The notes below the pieces were generated by a model. It was not told where the DNA came from. It made no database searches and worked only from the letters and a program-made list of their open reading frames with translations. From positions 118,299-182,298 of the forward strand of contig CAZTKG010000002.1 of NCBI GenBank assembly GCA_964613815.1: 64,000 nucleotides of DNA, given 5' to 3'. Shown in pieces: positions 9,597 through 19,793 of this stretch; position 1 is the stretch's first letter, and each line of letters opens with the position of its first letter. Both the position numbers and the translations under genes were made by a program. This stretch comes from an uncultured Gammaproteobacteria bacterium. Its GTDB lineage: Bacteria; Patescibacteriota; Patescibacteriia; UBA9934.

Positions 9597-10274
9597 ATGC
9601 CCAAGGTTAGCACAAAGGAATTGGAGACGAAAAAAGAGGAGGCACCAGAAGGAGAGTTTGGTATTGTGAATTTGTTTGGATCAAAAACTCGTGTTCGGTT
9701 GCTTTCGTTGTTTTTGGATAATGCAGATCGATGTTTTTATGTCCGTGAGTTGACGCGAAAGATTGATGCGCAGCTTAACTCTGTGCGACGTGAGCTGACG
9801 AATTTGGTTGGGCTTGGAATTGTTTTGGAGGTTGAAGGGACGATTGTTCCTGGGGAGAAGATGGTTGCGAAAAAGAAGACGGATAAGAAGAAGTATTATC
9901 GTGCGAATGATCAGTTTACGTTTTTTGCAGAGCTTCGGAGCATTATGAAGAAGTCTGTTTTGATGATGAACAAGGTGCTTGTGGCGGATTTGGAGGCAGT
10001 TGGAACGCTGGATCTTTTGCTTCTTACGGGGAGGTTTTTGGATCAGGATGAGTCGCCGACGGATGTTTTGATCGTGGGAGATATTGCGGCTGGACCTTTA
10101 AAGAAGGCTATTGGAGAGTTTGAGAAGCGGATTGGGCATGAGGTGAATTATACGCTTATGCCTCGTGAAGAATTTTTGTATCGGCGAGATGTGAAAGATC
10201 GATTTCTTTTGTCTTGTTTGAATGTTGATAAGGTTGCGGTGGTGAATAATTTTCCTGATGGGCAATATTTATGA
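9597..10274 (+). CDS. Winged-HTH plus nucleotidyltransferase-like protein
   Basis: FGSKTRVRLL..F..YVREL.R...NSVRREL; TDVLIVG; EVNYT. Confidence 0.75.
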   Translation: MPKVSTKELETKKEEAPEGEFGIVNLFGSKTRVRLLSLFLDNADRCFYVRELTRKIDAQLNSVRRELTNLVGLGIVLEVEGTIVPGEKMVAKKKTDKKKYYRANDQFTFFAELRSIMKKSVLMMNKVLVADLEAVGTLDLLLLTGRFLDQDESPTDVLIVGDIAAGPLKKAIGEFEKRIGHEVNYTLMPREEFLYRRDVKDRFLLSCLNVDKVAVVNNFPDGQYL

Positions 10275-10690
10275 GGTTGTATGTGAATGGAAGAGATATT
10301 CGTAAGATTGGGTTTGCGGTGGTTGAGGAGGGGGGATTTCGGGATTTGGAGGTTGTGGATTGTGGACCTTCTGCGTATCTAAAACAGCTTGATGCGTATT
10401 TGAAGCGGCGTTCATTTTTGCTTGACGATGTGGATCTTTTTTATGTGGTTGTTGGGCCAGGATCGCCGACGGCTTTGCGAGCGAGTTTATCAATTGTAAA
10501 TACAATCGCTTGGGTTCGCGAAATTCCTGTGGTAGCTGTGGAACAGGGTGGAGATGATGAGGATTCTGACACGCTTGAAGAATTGATGGGTGGGTATGAA
10601 CAAGTTGACATGAGCACGTATTTTGCGGAACCTGTGTATGGAAGGGGGCCTGGAGTTACTGTTTCAACTAAAGATCGGCTTAGGCAATAA
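10271..10690 (+). CDS. tsaB: Short TsaB-like t6A biosynthesis protein
   Basis: VVVGPGSPTALR..SIVNTIA and C-terminal PVY. Confidence 0.75.
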   Translation: MRLYVNGRDIRKIGFAVVEEGGFRDLEVVDCGPSAYLKQLDAYLKRRSFLLDDVDLFYVVVGPGSPTALRASLSIVNTIAWVREIPVVAVEQGGDDEDSDTLEELMGGYEQVDMSTYFAEPVYGRGPGVTVSTKDRLRQ

Positions 10691-10720
10691 GTTGGTCGTC
10701 TATAAAATAACGAGAGCAAT

Positions 10721-11478
10721 ATGAATACTGTTCCAGATTATGTTGATGTGTTGCGATCAGCTTTTGTAGACCTATGGGCGGGGGTAGTGTCTTTTCTTCC
10801 AAAGCTGATTTTGGCGGTGATTGTTTTTTTAGTGGGATTGTTTTTGGCTGGGCTTTTGCGGACCGCTGTTGTGCGGATTGTGAAGATGCTTCGGCTTGAT
10901 GAGCTTTTGGAAAAGCTTGAAGTTAAGGCGAGTTTTTCTAAGATGGGGATCAAGCTTGATTTGGGGGAATTTCTAGGATGGCTTGTGAAGTGGTTTATCA
11001 TCATTCTTGTTTTGATTGCTGCTGCAGATGTGTTGCAGTGGGGTCAGGTGACGGTATTTTTGACACAAGTTGTTGGATATTTGCCGAATGTGATGATTGC
11101 GGTGATTATTTTGCTTGTTGGATTTATTTTGGGGAATTTTGTGCAGACAGTTGTGCAGGCAGCGGTTGATGCGGCGGAAATGAAGAATGCGCAGTTTTTG
11201 AGTGGGATTGCGAAGTGGGCGATTATTGTATTCAGCTTTATGGCTGCGCTTGTTCAGCTTGGGATTGCGGAGAGTTTGATCAGCGTACTTTTTACCGGTT
11301 TTGTGGCGATGATTGCGCTTGCTGGGGGGCTTGCGTTAAGGCTGAGCTTGTTCTCGATAAGCTTGCGAAGGATATTATGAGTCGTGATAGCGTGAAGGAG
11401 ATGAAGCGTGAGGAGAAGGTTCATTATGAGGATGTTGGGGGGAGCGATCACGCTGTGGGGGAGACGATTTCGCTTTAA
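10721..11478 (+). CDS. TM-helix repeat protein (CmpX/MscS-associated) with apparent frameshift near 11337
   Basis: FLPKLILAVIVFLVG and YLPNVMIAVIILLVG repeats; expected tail continues in another frame (KAELVLDKLAKD). Confidence 0.8.
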
Positions 11479-11534
11479 GGATATTTAGAGAAAAAGATAG
11501 ACCCTGCCAGGCTGATGTTTGGCAGGGTTTTGGA

Positions 11535-12212
11535 TTAGGTTAAAATTTGCGTGTAGATGATGAGCATGATGGCGGCGTCGGCGAAGGCGTGGGCGATCCA
11601 GGGGGTGAGGAGGGATTTGGTGTATCGATAGAGGTAGCACCAGATGAGGCCTCCTGTGAAGACGGCGAGGGTGCCTAGAATGGTTGGGCCGATGGCGAGG
11701 ATGGTGCTGAGAATGACGATGTGGTGGAGGGTGAAGAGGGCGGAGGAGATAAGAGCGGCGGGCCAGAATGTGTGATTGACGGTGAGGCCTCGGAAGATGA
11801 ACCAGCGCCAGAAGTATTCTTCGATGAGAGAATGGGCGAGGGAGAGGAAGATGGCGAAGGGGATGAAATAGTTGAGGATGCCGAGGGAGGTGAGTTTGGT
11901 GGTGACGAGAGGTTTGAGAGCTTGGGGGTCGGGGATGATGAGTGGATGTGCGAGGTAGATGAAGAGGAAGGTGGCGACGCCGGTGATGAGGCCTAGGGCG
12001 ATTTGGCCTGATTTAGGTGTAGTTGGGTTCCATTTTGTGATTTTTGGGCCGTATTTTAAAACGAAGATTGGGGTGATTAAGATCAGAATTTTGGTGAGGG
12101 TGTAGGAGAGGGTGGCAAAGGTAGAGTCTGGGGCGATTTTGAAATAGAGGAGGGATCCTACGAGTTGGATGAGGCCGGCGAGGACGAGAATGGTTGTGAG
12201 GCGGTTTTTCAT
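11535..12212 (-). CDS. CPBP (Abi/CAAX) intramembrane metalloprotease
   Basis: EEYFWR, F.LHH and HAFAD motifs. Confidence 0.9.
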   Translation of the reverse strand: MKNRLTTILVLAGLIQLVGSLLYFKIAPDSTFATLSYTLTKILILITPIFVLKYGPKITKWNPTTPKSGQIALGLITGVATFLFIYLAHPLIIPDPQALKPLVTTKLTSLGILNYFIPFAIFLSLAHSLIEEYFWRWFIFRGLTVNHTFWPAALISSALFTLHHIVILSTILAIGPTILGTLAVFTGGLIWCYLYRYTKSLLTPWIAHAFADAAIMLIIYTQILT

Positions 12213-12233
12213 ACATTTTGAGTATACTAGATA

Positions 12234-12262
12234 TTGACGATTGAGGGGGTTTTGGGTATGAT
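12234..12262 (+). promoter_or_regulatory. Sigma70 promoter for the tRNA-Gln transcript
   Basis: TTGACG-N17-TATGAT. Confidence 0.75.
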
Positions 12263-12351
12263 CTGCGCACGAAGATAAGGTTGTCCTGGACCCCACGTCG
12301 CCCGGCGGAGCCGCGTTATGTTAGGGATTGATCCGGGATCGATTTCGTCGC

Positions 12352-12425
12352 TCCCGGATCGTCTAATGGCAGGACGCCTGGTTTTGGTCCAGGTAATCGG
12401 GGTTCGAATCCCTGTCCGGGAACCA
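12352..12425 (+). tRNA. tRNA-Gln(TTG)
   Basis: Acceptor TCCCGGA/TCCGGGA, anticodon arm CCTGG-TTTTGGT-CCAGG, GGTTCGAATCC, encoded CCA. Confidence 0.97.
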
Positions 12426-12491
12426 AAGCAAAAAAGCTATCCTTGGATAGCTTTTTTGCTTTGTGTTTTCGGGGAGGGCTGCCCTGCGTAG

Positions 12492-12519
12492 CCCCTAACG
12501 CAGCCTTGGCGAAGTGGGG
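12492..12519. repeat. REP-like family C; related copy in opposite orientation at 30082-30112
   Basis: Reverse complement ccccacttcgccaaggctgcgttagggg vs ccccacttcgctttgtgagctacgttagggg. Confidence 0.7.
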
Positions 12520-12599
12520 TCCGGGAACCAAAGAAAGAACGTCGCGTATGCGGTGTTTTTTCTTTGGTTCAATGGAGGATTTTTGTTATTCTTTCTGGG

Positions 12600-13175
12600 A
12601 TGTTTGATGAAGTTGAGTATTGTGGCCAAATTTTTGAGAACTTTGTATTGGCCGAGGTAGATGTTCGGTTTAAGAATTTTGAACGATGTGTGTTTAAGAG
12701 GTGTGATTTTTCGGGGTGTGATTTTGTGGGTTCGGAGTTTTCTGACTGTGTATTTGATCATTGTACTGTGAGTCTTGGAAAATTTGTTGATTGTGGTTTT
12801 CGAGATGTGGTGTTTAAACATTCGAAGCTTATTGGGGTGGATTTATCGAAATGTTCTGTTAATTTTTTTGATCTTGGGTTTGAAAAGTGTTTGATAGAGA
12901 CATGTGGATTTTCTGGATTACCTATGTCGGAGACAGTTTTTGAGGAGTGCGTGATTCGCGAGTGTGGTTTTGGTGAGGCGAATTTATCGAAGGCGGTTTT
13001 TGATGATTGTGATTTGGAGGGGACGTTATTTCATGGTGCAAAATTGGATGGGGCGAATTTTTCTCGTGCTAGAAATTATACGATTAATCCAGCTTCGAAT
13101 TCGATCAAGGGGGCTAAATTTTCGTTACCTGAGGCCGTATCTCTTCTTGGTGGGTTTGATATTGAGTTAGTTTAG
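12600..13175 (+). CDS. Pentapeptide repeat protein
   Basis: Continuous (C/S/A)xFxx pentapeptides; ends IKGAKFSLPEAVSLL. Confidence 0.9.
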   Translation: MFDEVEYCGQIFENFVLAEVDVRFKNFERCVFKRCDFSGCDFVGSEFSDCVFDHCTVSLGKFVDCGFRDVVFKHSKLIGVDLSKCSVNFFDLGFEKCLIETCGFSGLPMSETVFEECVIRECGFGEANLSKAVFDDCDLEGTLFHGAKLDGANFSRARNYTINPASNSIKGAKFSLPEAVSLLGGFDIELV

Positions 13176-13183
13176 TCTGGTTT

Positions 13184-13942
13184 TTATTTTCCTGACCAAT
13201 GCAGTGTTTTCTTTTCGATTGCGATGAAGCAAGAATTAAATAGAAAACCTAAGAGACCGGTTAGGATGATAGCGGCGTACATTTCGGGAAGTTTGTAGAC
13301 CATTTGGTAGTTGAGGATTTTGAAGCCTAGGCCAATGTTGGTGCCGGCGAACATTTCTGCGACAACGACGAGGACGAAGGAGAAGGAGAGGCCGATGCGG
13401 AGGCCGGCGAAGATGGATGGGAGGGATTCTTTGAGGATGATGTTCCAGAAAATGAAGGGTTTTGAGGCTCCGTGGACGCGGAACCAGTCGATTCTGGCTT
13501 GTTTGACGGAGCGGGCGCCGTAGATGGTGTTGATGATGATGACGAGGGATGCGGCGTAGATGACGATGGCATATTTTGATTCGTCGCCGATGCCTAAAAT
13601 TAAAAGAAATAGGGGGAGGAGGGCGGTGGCGGGGATGGAGCGGAAGAAGTCGATGGTGGAGCGGGTGGCGAGGTCTAGAGGTTTTGAGCGACCGATGAGG
13701 AGGCCGAGGGGGACGGCGATGGCGCTTGAGATGAAGAAGCCGATGAGGGAGCGTTTGGTGGTGGTGAGGATGTCGGGGGTGATTTCGTTTGTGGTGATCC
13801 AGGTTGTGAGGACGGTGAAGATGTCTTGTGGGGGTGGGAGGAAGAAGGGGTCGATGAGTTCTAGGTGGGTGATGAGGAGCCATGCAAGAATCAAAAAAAC
13901 TGGGAGGGCGATGAAATATGTTGTTGTTTTGATTTTATTCAT
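13184..13942 (-). CDS. ABC transporter permease (SsuC/TauC/NitT family)
   Basis: [25 protein letters not shown]...GLG. Confidence 0.9.
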   Translation of the reverse strand: MNKIKTTTYFIALPVFLILAWLLITHLELIDPFFLPPPQDIFTVLTTWITTNEITPDILTTTKRSLIGFFISSAIAVPLGLLIGRSKPLDLATRSTIDFFRSIPATALLPLFLLILGIGDESKYAIVIYAASLVIIINTIYGARSVKQARIDWFRVHGASKPFIFWNIILKESLPSIFAGLRIGLSFSFVLVVVAEMFAGTNIGLGFKILNYQMVYKLPEMYAAIILTGLLGFLFNSCFIAIEKKTLHWSGK

Positions 13943-14669
13943 AGCCTTTTTCGAAGAGGGTGAGAACTTGGTTGCGGAGTTTGAAGAATTCTGGGGATTT
14001 GAGGGCTTCGAGGGTTCTTGGGCGTGGGAGGTTAATGTCGATGGTGCCCATGATGTTGGTTGGGGCTTTTGAGAGGACGGTGATTTTGTCGCTGAGGAAG
14101 ATGGCTTCGTCGATGTTGTGGGAGACGATGAGGGTGGTGGGTTTGTGATTATTCCAGAATGTTAAGAATTCTAGCCAGTGGATGCGGGAGTTGCTGTAGT
14201 CTAGGGCGGAGAATGGTTCGTCGAGGAGGAGGGTTTTGGGTTTATGGATGAGTTCTCGTGATAGTGCGAGGGATTGAGCGAGGCCTCCGGAGAGTTGGTA
14301 GGGGTATTTGTTTTGATGGGATTTTAGATTGAAACGGTTTAGAGCTTCTGTTTTTTGTTGGTTGGTGGCGTTTTTGATGTTTGCGAAGAGGGTGAGGTTG
14401 TGTTTGACGGTGTTCCAGGGGAGGAGGGTGTCTCGGTAGTTTTGGAAGAGAAAGCCGATGGGTTTTTGGGAGGTGGTTGATCCTGACTGAACTTGTTCTT
14501 GGCCTGCGATGATTTTGAGGAGCGTGCTTTTTCCGCTGCCGTTTGGGCCGAAGATGGCGTGGATGGAGCCTTCTTTTATGGTGAGGGAAAAACCCTGCAG
14601 GACTTGCAGAGTTTTTTTGGTTGGGTCTGTGTAGGATTTGTTTATTGAATTTATGATGAGATTGTTCAT
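13935..14669 (-). CDS. ABC transporter ATPase (SsuB/TauB family)
   Basis: [35 protein letters not shown]. Confidence 0.92.
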   Translation of the reverse strand: MNNLIINSINKSYTDPTKKTLQVLQGFSLTIKEGSIHAIFGPNGSGKSTLLKIIAGQEQVQSGSTTSQKPIGFLFQNYRDTLLPWNTVKHNLTLFANIKNATNQQKTEALNRFNLKSHQNKYPYQLSGGLAQSLALSRELIHKPKTLLLDEPFSALDYSNSRIHWLEFLTFWNNHKPTTLIVSHNIDEAIFLSDKITVLSKAPTNIMGTIDINLPRPRTLEALKSPEFFKLRNQVLTLFEKGYE

Positions 14670-14776
14670 TTGATGATGAGTTCTGACATGTCGATTTGGG
14701 ATTTTGGTGACATTGTTTAAAGTATTCGCTTTGAACGGGGATTTGTCAACGAAAAATCGATGCGTTGTTGCATCGA

Positions 14777-15127
14777 TTATTTTGCAGTTTCTAGGACTTC
14801 TACTCTTGTTTGGAGTCTGTCGGCTCTGTGGGTGAATGCCGCGTGTTCGGATTCGTAGTCTTTGTGTCTTGCGGCCAGGCCATCGACGAGAGGGTAGATT
14901 TCGCTTTTGAATTGTTTGAAATCGTCTTTTGTTGGGTGGTTTTTGAGTTCTTCTTTGATGATACCTCTCACGATGGTGATCATTTCGTTTCGCGTGGCGT
15001 AGTCTTTGAGTTTTTCGTTGAATTTCTTTTCAAGTTTTTTCTCTAGGATGAGTTCTAGTTCAGCTCTTGTCACCATGTTTTGCATGATGAATTGGAGCAT
15101 TTCTTGGATGGATTGTTGTTCTTGCAT
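14777..15127 (-). CDS. Hypothetical coiled-coil protein
   Basis: VTRAEL/ATRNEM/PTKDDF internal repeats; followed by terminator atcgatgc..gcatcgat-ttttt. Confidence 0.7.
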   Translation of the reverse strand: MQEQQSIQEMLQFIMQNMVTRAELELILEKKLEKKFNEKLKDYATRNEMITIVRGIIKEELKNHPTKDDFKQFKSEIYPLVDGLAARHKDYESEHAAFTHRADRLQTRVEVLETAK

Positions 15128-15258
15128 AGCGTATGTACTGTAGCATATGCGATTTTTGGGAAATGAAAATTTCAGTAGGTTTTTGTCAATATTTGTAATG
15201 AAATACTTGACAGAGTGTATATTTTATGGTATTGTTTTTTGTTCTTTTGGAGGGAGCG

Positions 15259-15504
15259 ATGGCGAAGTTGAGAGTTCCTGCTGCTGAGACGAGGGTGTCT
15301 CTTTCGGATGTGGAGGTGAAGCCTCCTACGTTCAAAGAGATGTTGGTCGCTTTCGTGGTGGTGATGGTGATTTGCGCGGGTGGGATTTTGCTCGGATGGG
15401 CGATCCTCGAGGCGTTGGCCACGATCCCGTTTTCGGGGGATGGCGGCGGCATCGAGCCGTGTCGCAGTCCTTGCGGCGGCGGTAATCCCCGTGGCTACAT
15501 CTAG
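15259..15504 (+). CDS. Small GC-rich single-TM hypothetical protein
   Basis: Promoter TTGACA-N17-TATTGT at 15208, GGAGG RBS. Confidence 0.65.
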   Translation: MAKLRVPAAETRVSLSDVEVKPPTFKEMLVAFVVVMVICAGGILLGWAILEALATIPFSGDGGGIEPCRSPCGGGNPRGYI

Positions 15505-15599
15505 GTCGACAATTCTTGTTCGGCTGTTACGCTCCTGATGATTCAGGGGCGTTTCTTATTGGAGGATTTTTTGATTTGGTTGCGTGGTATGATGGTGGC

Positions 15600-17379
15600 A
15601 TGAAAGAAGAAAAAGTGAATTATCGTCAGGTTTTTAAAATGTATTGGCCCTCTGTTCGAAAGCAATGGAAGTTTATTTTTTTGTTTGTACCGCTTGGGAT
15701 GGTTACGGCGGGGCTTGTGGTGGCGGAACCGTATATTTATGGATCGGTGATTGATAGTTTGATTTTTTCTGTTCAAGAACAGCTTGGTTGGGAGGCTGGA
15801 TTTGCGGTTTTGGTGCCGTTTTTGATTGCTTGGGCGGGACTTGTGGTTGGGCAGACGTTTCTTGGGGCGTTGTATCGATATTGGGTTTGGTCGGTTGATA
15901 ATGAGATTTTGTTTGGGTTTGCGTCGGATTGGTTTCGGAAGGTTATGCGGCTTGATGTTGGGCGGTTTCGGGAAGAAAAGGCTGGCGGGCTTTTGCGGCG
16001 GTTCAATGCGGCTTGGGATGCGAGTTGGCGGGTGGTGGAGTTTTCTCTTTCGACGGTTTTGCAATCGGTGTTTTTGTTTTTTGCGGGGCTTGGGATGGGG
16101 GTGTTTATTGATTGGCGCATGACGCTTATTGCGCTTATTCCGTTGCCGATTGTAGTGACGATTGGGGTTTTTAACATGATGCTTACGGAGAAATGGCAGC
16201 GGATTGTGGAGGGATATTGGGATAAGGCGAGTGGGCTTGTTGGGGATGTGTTTATCAATATTAATGCGGTAAAGTCGTTTGTTGGAGAGGGGCGGATTGC
16301 GAAGCGGTATCGAAAGATTCACCGGCATGCGATTGATCATCAGCTGCCTGTTAATAAGCGTTGGGCGACTTCGGAGGCGCTTCAGGGGGCGGTTTATGTT
16401 GGGGGGGCGACTTGTGGTGTTTTTGGTGGGATCTTATTTTGTGCTTGGCGGAACGCTTACGCCGGGGGCTTTGATTACGTTCTTAGGACTTTCTGCGTTT
16501 ATTAGTAGTAGCGTGCAAAATGTGGTGAATCAGCTTTCGAATATTTCGCTTCAGCTTGTGCGGATGAATCGGGCGGCGCAGTTGTATTTTGAGGAGCCGG
16601 CGGTGAAGGATTTGGATCGGACGCGGCGATTAAAGCAGGTTCGTGGGGCGGTGGTGTTTGATGATGTGTCGTTTGCGTATTCGAATGGTGAGGCCGTGCT
16701 TCGGGATGTGACGTTTGAGGTTCCTGCAGGAAAGACGGTGGCGCTTGTTGGGGAGAGTGGGGCTGGAAAGAGTACGCTTGCGCAGATGATGACGCGGTTT
16801 CATGATCCGATTGAGGGGGCGGTAAAGATTGATGGGGTGGATATTCGAGAGATGAAGTTGGAGTTTTTGCGGAAGCATGTTGGATTTGTGATGCAGGATA
16901 ATATGCTGTTTCATGATTCGATTTTGGATAATATTCGATTTGCGAAGCCTGGGGCGAGTAAGGATGCGGTAATTCGGGCGGCGCGGAAGGCGCAGGCGCA
17001 TGACTTTATTAAAACTTTGAAAGGTGGGTATGACACGATTGTTGGGGAGCGAGGAGTGAAGCTGTCTGGTGGGCAGAAGCAGCGGATTGCGCTTGCTCGG
17101 GTGTTTTTGGCTGATCCTCCGGTGCTTGTGCTTGATGAGGCGACGAGCGCGCTTGATAGTAAGACGGAGCATGCACTTCAGGCGGCGCTTGAGGGGGTGA
17201 TGAAGGATCGGACGACGATTGTGATTGCGCATCGTTTGAGTACGGTGATGGGGGCGGATGAGATTTTGGTGATGGATAAGGGGCGTGTGGTAGATCGTGG
17301 GACGCATGCTCAATTGATTCGTCGGAAGGATGGGCTGTATAAGGAGTATTGGAAAATACAGGCAGGAGGATACATGTGA
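15600..17379 (+). pseudogene. ABC exporter (fused TMD-NBD, MsbA/HlyB type) split by an extra base in a G7 run
   Basis: TMD in 15600-16400, NBD (GESGAGKST, LSGGQKQR, LDEATSALD) in another frame; removing one G at 16401-16407 gives YVGGRLVVF. Confidence 0.8.
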
Positions 17380-17423
17380 TGTCTCACTGAAGGTTTTTTT
17401 TAGATATGCTAAACTAAGGCCCT

Positions 17424-18395
17424 ATGATTCATGTGGCGCTTGAGCACGGAAATGATCGGAGGGGGATGGTGTATAAGTCGCTTCGAGAGACGAATGATTT
17501 TTTTGATGCGCTTCGAGAGAAGAAGCGTATTTTGATTAAGGTGAATTTGGTTCATCATGAGCTGCAGCTTGCGAGTACGCATGTGGATGCGGTTCGAGGG
17601 GTTTTGGATGCGATTCGGCAGGTGACAGGAATGCCGGTGGTGATTGGGGATGGGGCTTATCATGGAACGCCGGCGGCTTTTCGTCATTTTGGATATGATC
17701 GGCTCGTTGATGAATATGAGCAGGTTTCGCTTGTGGATTTGAATGAAGGGGGTGTGCGTGATGGGCATTCTATTCGGGCTGATGGAGGGAAGAATGCGAT
17801 TCGGCGGGCGGATTTGGCGCATGAGGTGGATTTTCGGATTTCGCTTACGCCGATGAAGATGGATCAGGATGTTGCGGTTTCGCTTAGTGTGAAAAATTGG
17901 GTGATGGGGACGTGGATTGTGCCGCCGAGGATTAGTGCTTCTGGGCGAGTTTGGGCGCGGTGGCCTTGGATGCATGAAGAGGGGATTTGGGCTCAGCATG
18001 CGACGATATCGTCGCTCTTTCAGCAGCTTCCTTGTGATTGGGCGGTGGTTGATGGGGTGCTTGCGATGCAGGGGGATGGACCGGTTCGGGGTACTGCGAT
18101 TGAGGGGGAGGTGGTATTATCTGGAGGAGATCCAGTTGCGGTAGATGCGGTGGCGGCGACGCTTATGGGGGTTGATCCTGGGGATGTTGGGTATTTATCT
18201 ATGCTTGCGGAAGCGGATGTTGGGGCGATTGATTTAGGGACGGTGAATGTGCCGCCGATGATGATGGCTCAGTTGACGCGTGTATTTGAGCGGCCTGTTT
18301 GGTTTGAGGATCGGCTTGGGAAATGGCGGAATGCGGCCATCTCGACTGGAATGGAAAGATCTCTCGACGCTGCTCGAGATGGGAGAGAAAATTGA
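17424..18395 (+). CDS. DUF362 domain protein
   Basis: ILIKVNLV, SLSVKN, VVDGVLAMQGDGP, DPVAVDAVAATLMG. Confidence 0.85.
   Translation: MIHVALEHGNDRRGMVYKSLRETNDFFDALREKKRILIKVNLVHHELQLASTHVDAVRGVLDAIRQVTGMPVVIGDGAYHGTPAAFRHFGYDRLVDEYEQVSLVDLNEGGVRDGHSIRADGGKNAIRRADLAHEVDFRISLTPMKMDQDVAVSLSVKNWVMGTWIVPPRISASGRVWARWPWMHEEGIWAQHATISSLFQQLPCDWAVVDGVLAMQGDGPVRGTAIEGEVVLSGGDPVAVDAVAATLMGVDPGDVGYLSMLAEADVGAIDLGTVNVPPMMMAQLTRVFERPVWFEDRLGKWRNAAISTGMERSLDAARDGREN
18337..18382. repeat. REP-like family A copy forming the C-terminus of the DUF362 CDS
   Basis: ccatctcga...agatctctcgacgctgctcgagatgg. Confidence 0.8.
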
Positions 18396-18411
18396 TTATT
18401 GAATATTTGAT

Positions 18412-18891
18412 ATGTCTACGTGTATTTTTCCGGGGAAGTTTCAGCCGTTTCATAACGGGCATATGCTTGTTGTTAAGGGGATGATGAAGGCTTGCGGGCG
18501 AGTTGCGATTGTGATTTGTGATGACAGTGGTGAGGATATGTTGTTTAGCTCGGAGAAGGTGCGGGAGATGATTAGTGCGGCGCTTCTTGATGAGGATATT
18601 GTGGATGCGGAAATTGTGGTGGTTGAGGATTGTGATACGGATGAGGAGTGGGCGGATAAGATTCTTGAGGCTTGCGATCGGCCTGATGGAGCGAAGGTTT
18701 GGAGTGGGCATGAGGATGTTCGGGCGCTTTTTGAGAAGATGGGGGTTGCTGTGCAGAAGGTTGTTCCGGTGCCGGGGATTGATAGTGGGGAGATTCGGGA
18801 GATGATTTTGAGCGGGAAGAAGACTTGGGAGAAAAAGGTTCCCGGGGATGTTGGACGGTTGATTCGTGTGCAGATGGCGGATTCGGAGTAG
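18412..18891 (+). CDS. NadM-like nicotinamide-nucleotide adenylyltransferase (cytidylyltransferase fold)
   Basis: GKFQPFHNGH, SGEIRE, WEKKVP. Confidence 0.8.
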   Translation: MSTCIFPGKFQPFHNGHMLVVKGMMKACGRVAIVICDDSGEDMLFSSEKVREMISAALLDEDIVDAEIVVVEDCDTDEEWADKILEACDRPDGAKVWSGHEDVRALFEKMGVAVQKVVPVPGIDSGEIREMILSGKKTWEKKVPGDVGRLIRVQMADSE

Positions 18892-18957
18892 AGTTGTTGT
18901 TTGTTGATTGACAAAATGCCACGTTCGTGGTATTTTTTGGTTGTCTTGGAGGTTATT

Positions 18958-19170
18958 ATGGCCAAAAGACGCGGTAAAAGGCCGCAAAATCCTGGGAAAC
19001 CAGGTCAGGAACGGGCTCGAGAGACTTCTCGTCTCGAATGTCCAAGTCCTGTTCGTCGTAATCCCGTTGCTTTGCTTGCGCTTCGGCGTCATGGTGGGGT
19101 AATGGATTCTAAGCGCGGTAAGCGGGGGTACCGTAGACGCGCAAAACATCAGAACCGTGGAGAGATTTGA
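18958..19170 (+). CDS. Small basic ArfA-like protein
   Basis: Promoter TTGACA-N17-TATTTT at 18908, GGAGG RBS; NPVA...KRGKRGYRRRAKHQNRG. Confidence 0.6.
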   Translation: MAKRRGKRPQNPGKPGQERARETSRLECPSPVRRNPVALLALRRHGGVMDSKRGKRGYRRRAKHQNRGEI

Positions 19171-19254
19171 TGCTTTCGCTTTCAATCGTGCACGCCTTGA
19201 ATGAGGCGTGTTTCGCATTTTTGAGGATTTTTGGGTGTTTTTGTCTAGTTTATC

Positions 19255-19283
19255 TTGACAAAATGGGGTTTTTATGGTATGTT
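19255..19283 (+). promoter_or_regulatory. Sigma70 promoter heading the ORFan array
   Basis: TTGACA-N17-TATGTT with extended TG. Confidence 0.65.
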
Positions 19284-19388
19284 TGTCTGTTGTATTTTTT
19301 AAAAAATGATGAGAAATGTGTTGATTTTTCAGGGATATTTAGCGACTCTCCTCCTAAATATGCCTGTTCTATCAATCTGAGGTGAAAT

Positions 19389-19787
19389 TTGAGTTTTGTT
19401 GCGTTTTTGATCGCTGCAGCCGCGATGGTGGCGCCCAAGAAGGGTATCGCTGGCGTGTTCTCGCGGCGGGCAAAGTCTGTGCCGATGACGACGGTGTCGT
19501 ATCAGCAGGGGCTGGATATGCTGCTTGGAATGGGTGGCGACGGCGCGTTGTCTTGCTGGGTCGATTCTGGGGTGCGCGTTGACGTGCTTCGGGACGGTCA
19601 GCATGATGGAACCGTGTGGCTGGAGGCGGACTCTAGCGATTACGGTTTTGATCTCGGAGCGCTTTTGAGCTGGGGTGTTAGCCATGAGATGAATGTTCGG
19701 CTTCGGTCGGTTGTTTCTCAGGGTGAAGTCTTCCAGCTGTCTGATGACGCTGCTTTGTGCAGCGTGTATCGGGTGCACTTCCGTTAA
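19389..19787 (+). CDS. Hypothetical protein, array ORF1
   Basis: GAGGTG RBS, TTG start, hydrophobic N-terminus, followed by GC hairpin. Confidence 0.6.
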   Translation: MSFVAFLIAAAAMVAPKKGIAGVFSRRAKSVPMTTVSYQQGLDMLLGMGGDGALSCWVDSGVRVDVLRDGQHDGTVWLEADSSDYGFDLGALLSWGVSHEMNVRLRSVVSQGEVFQLSDDAALCSVYRVHFR

Positions 19788-19793
19788 CGCTTG

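Noticed and set aside
14670-14775. Riboswitch upstream of the ABC ATPase
   Set aside because: The interval is explained by a terminator, promoter and short leader, with no aptamer motif
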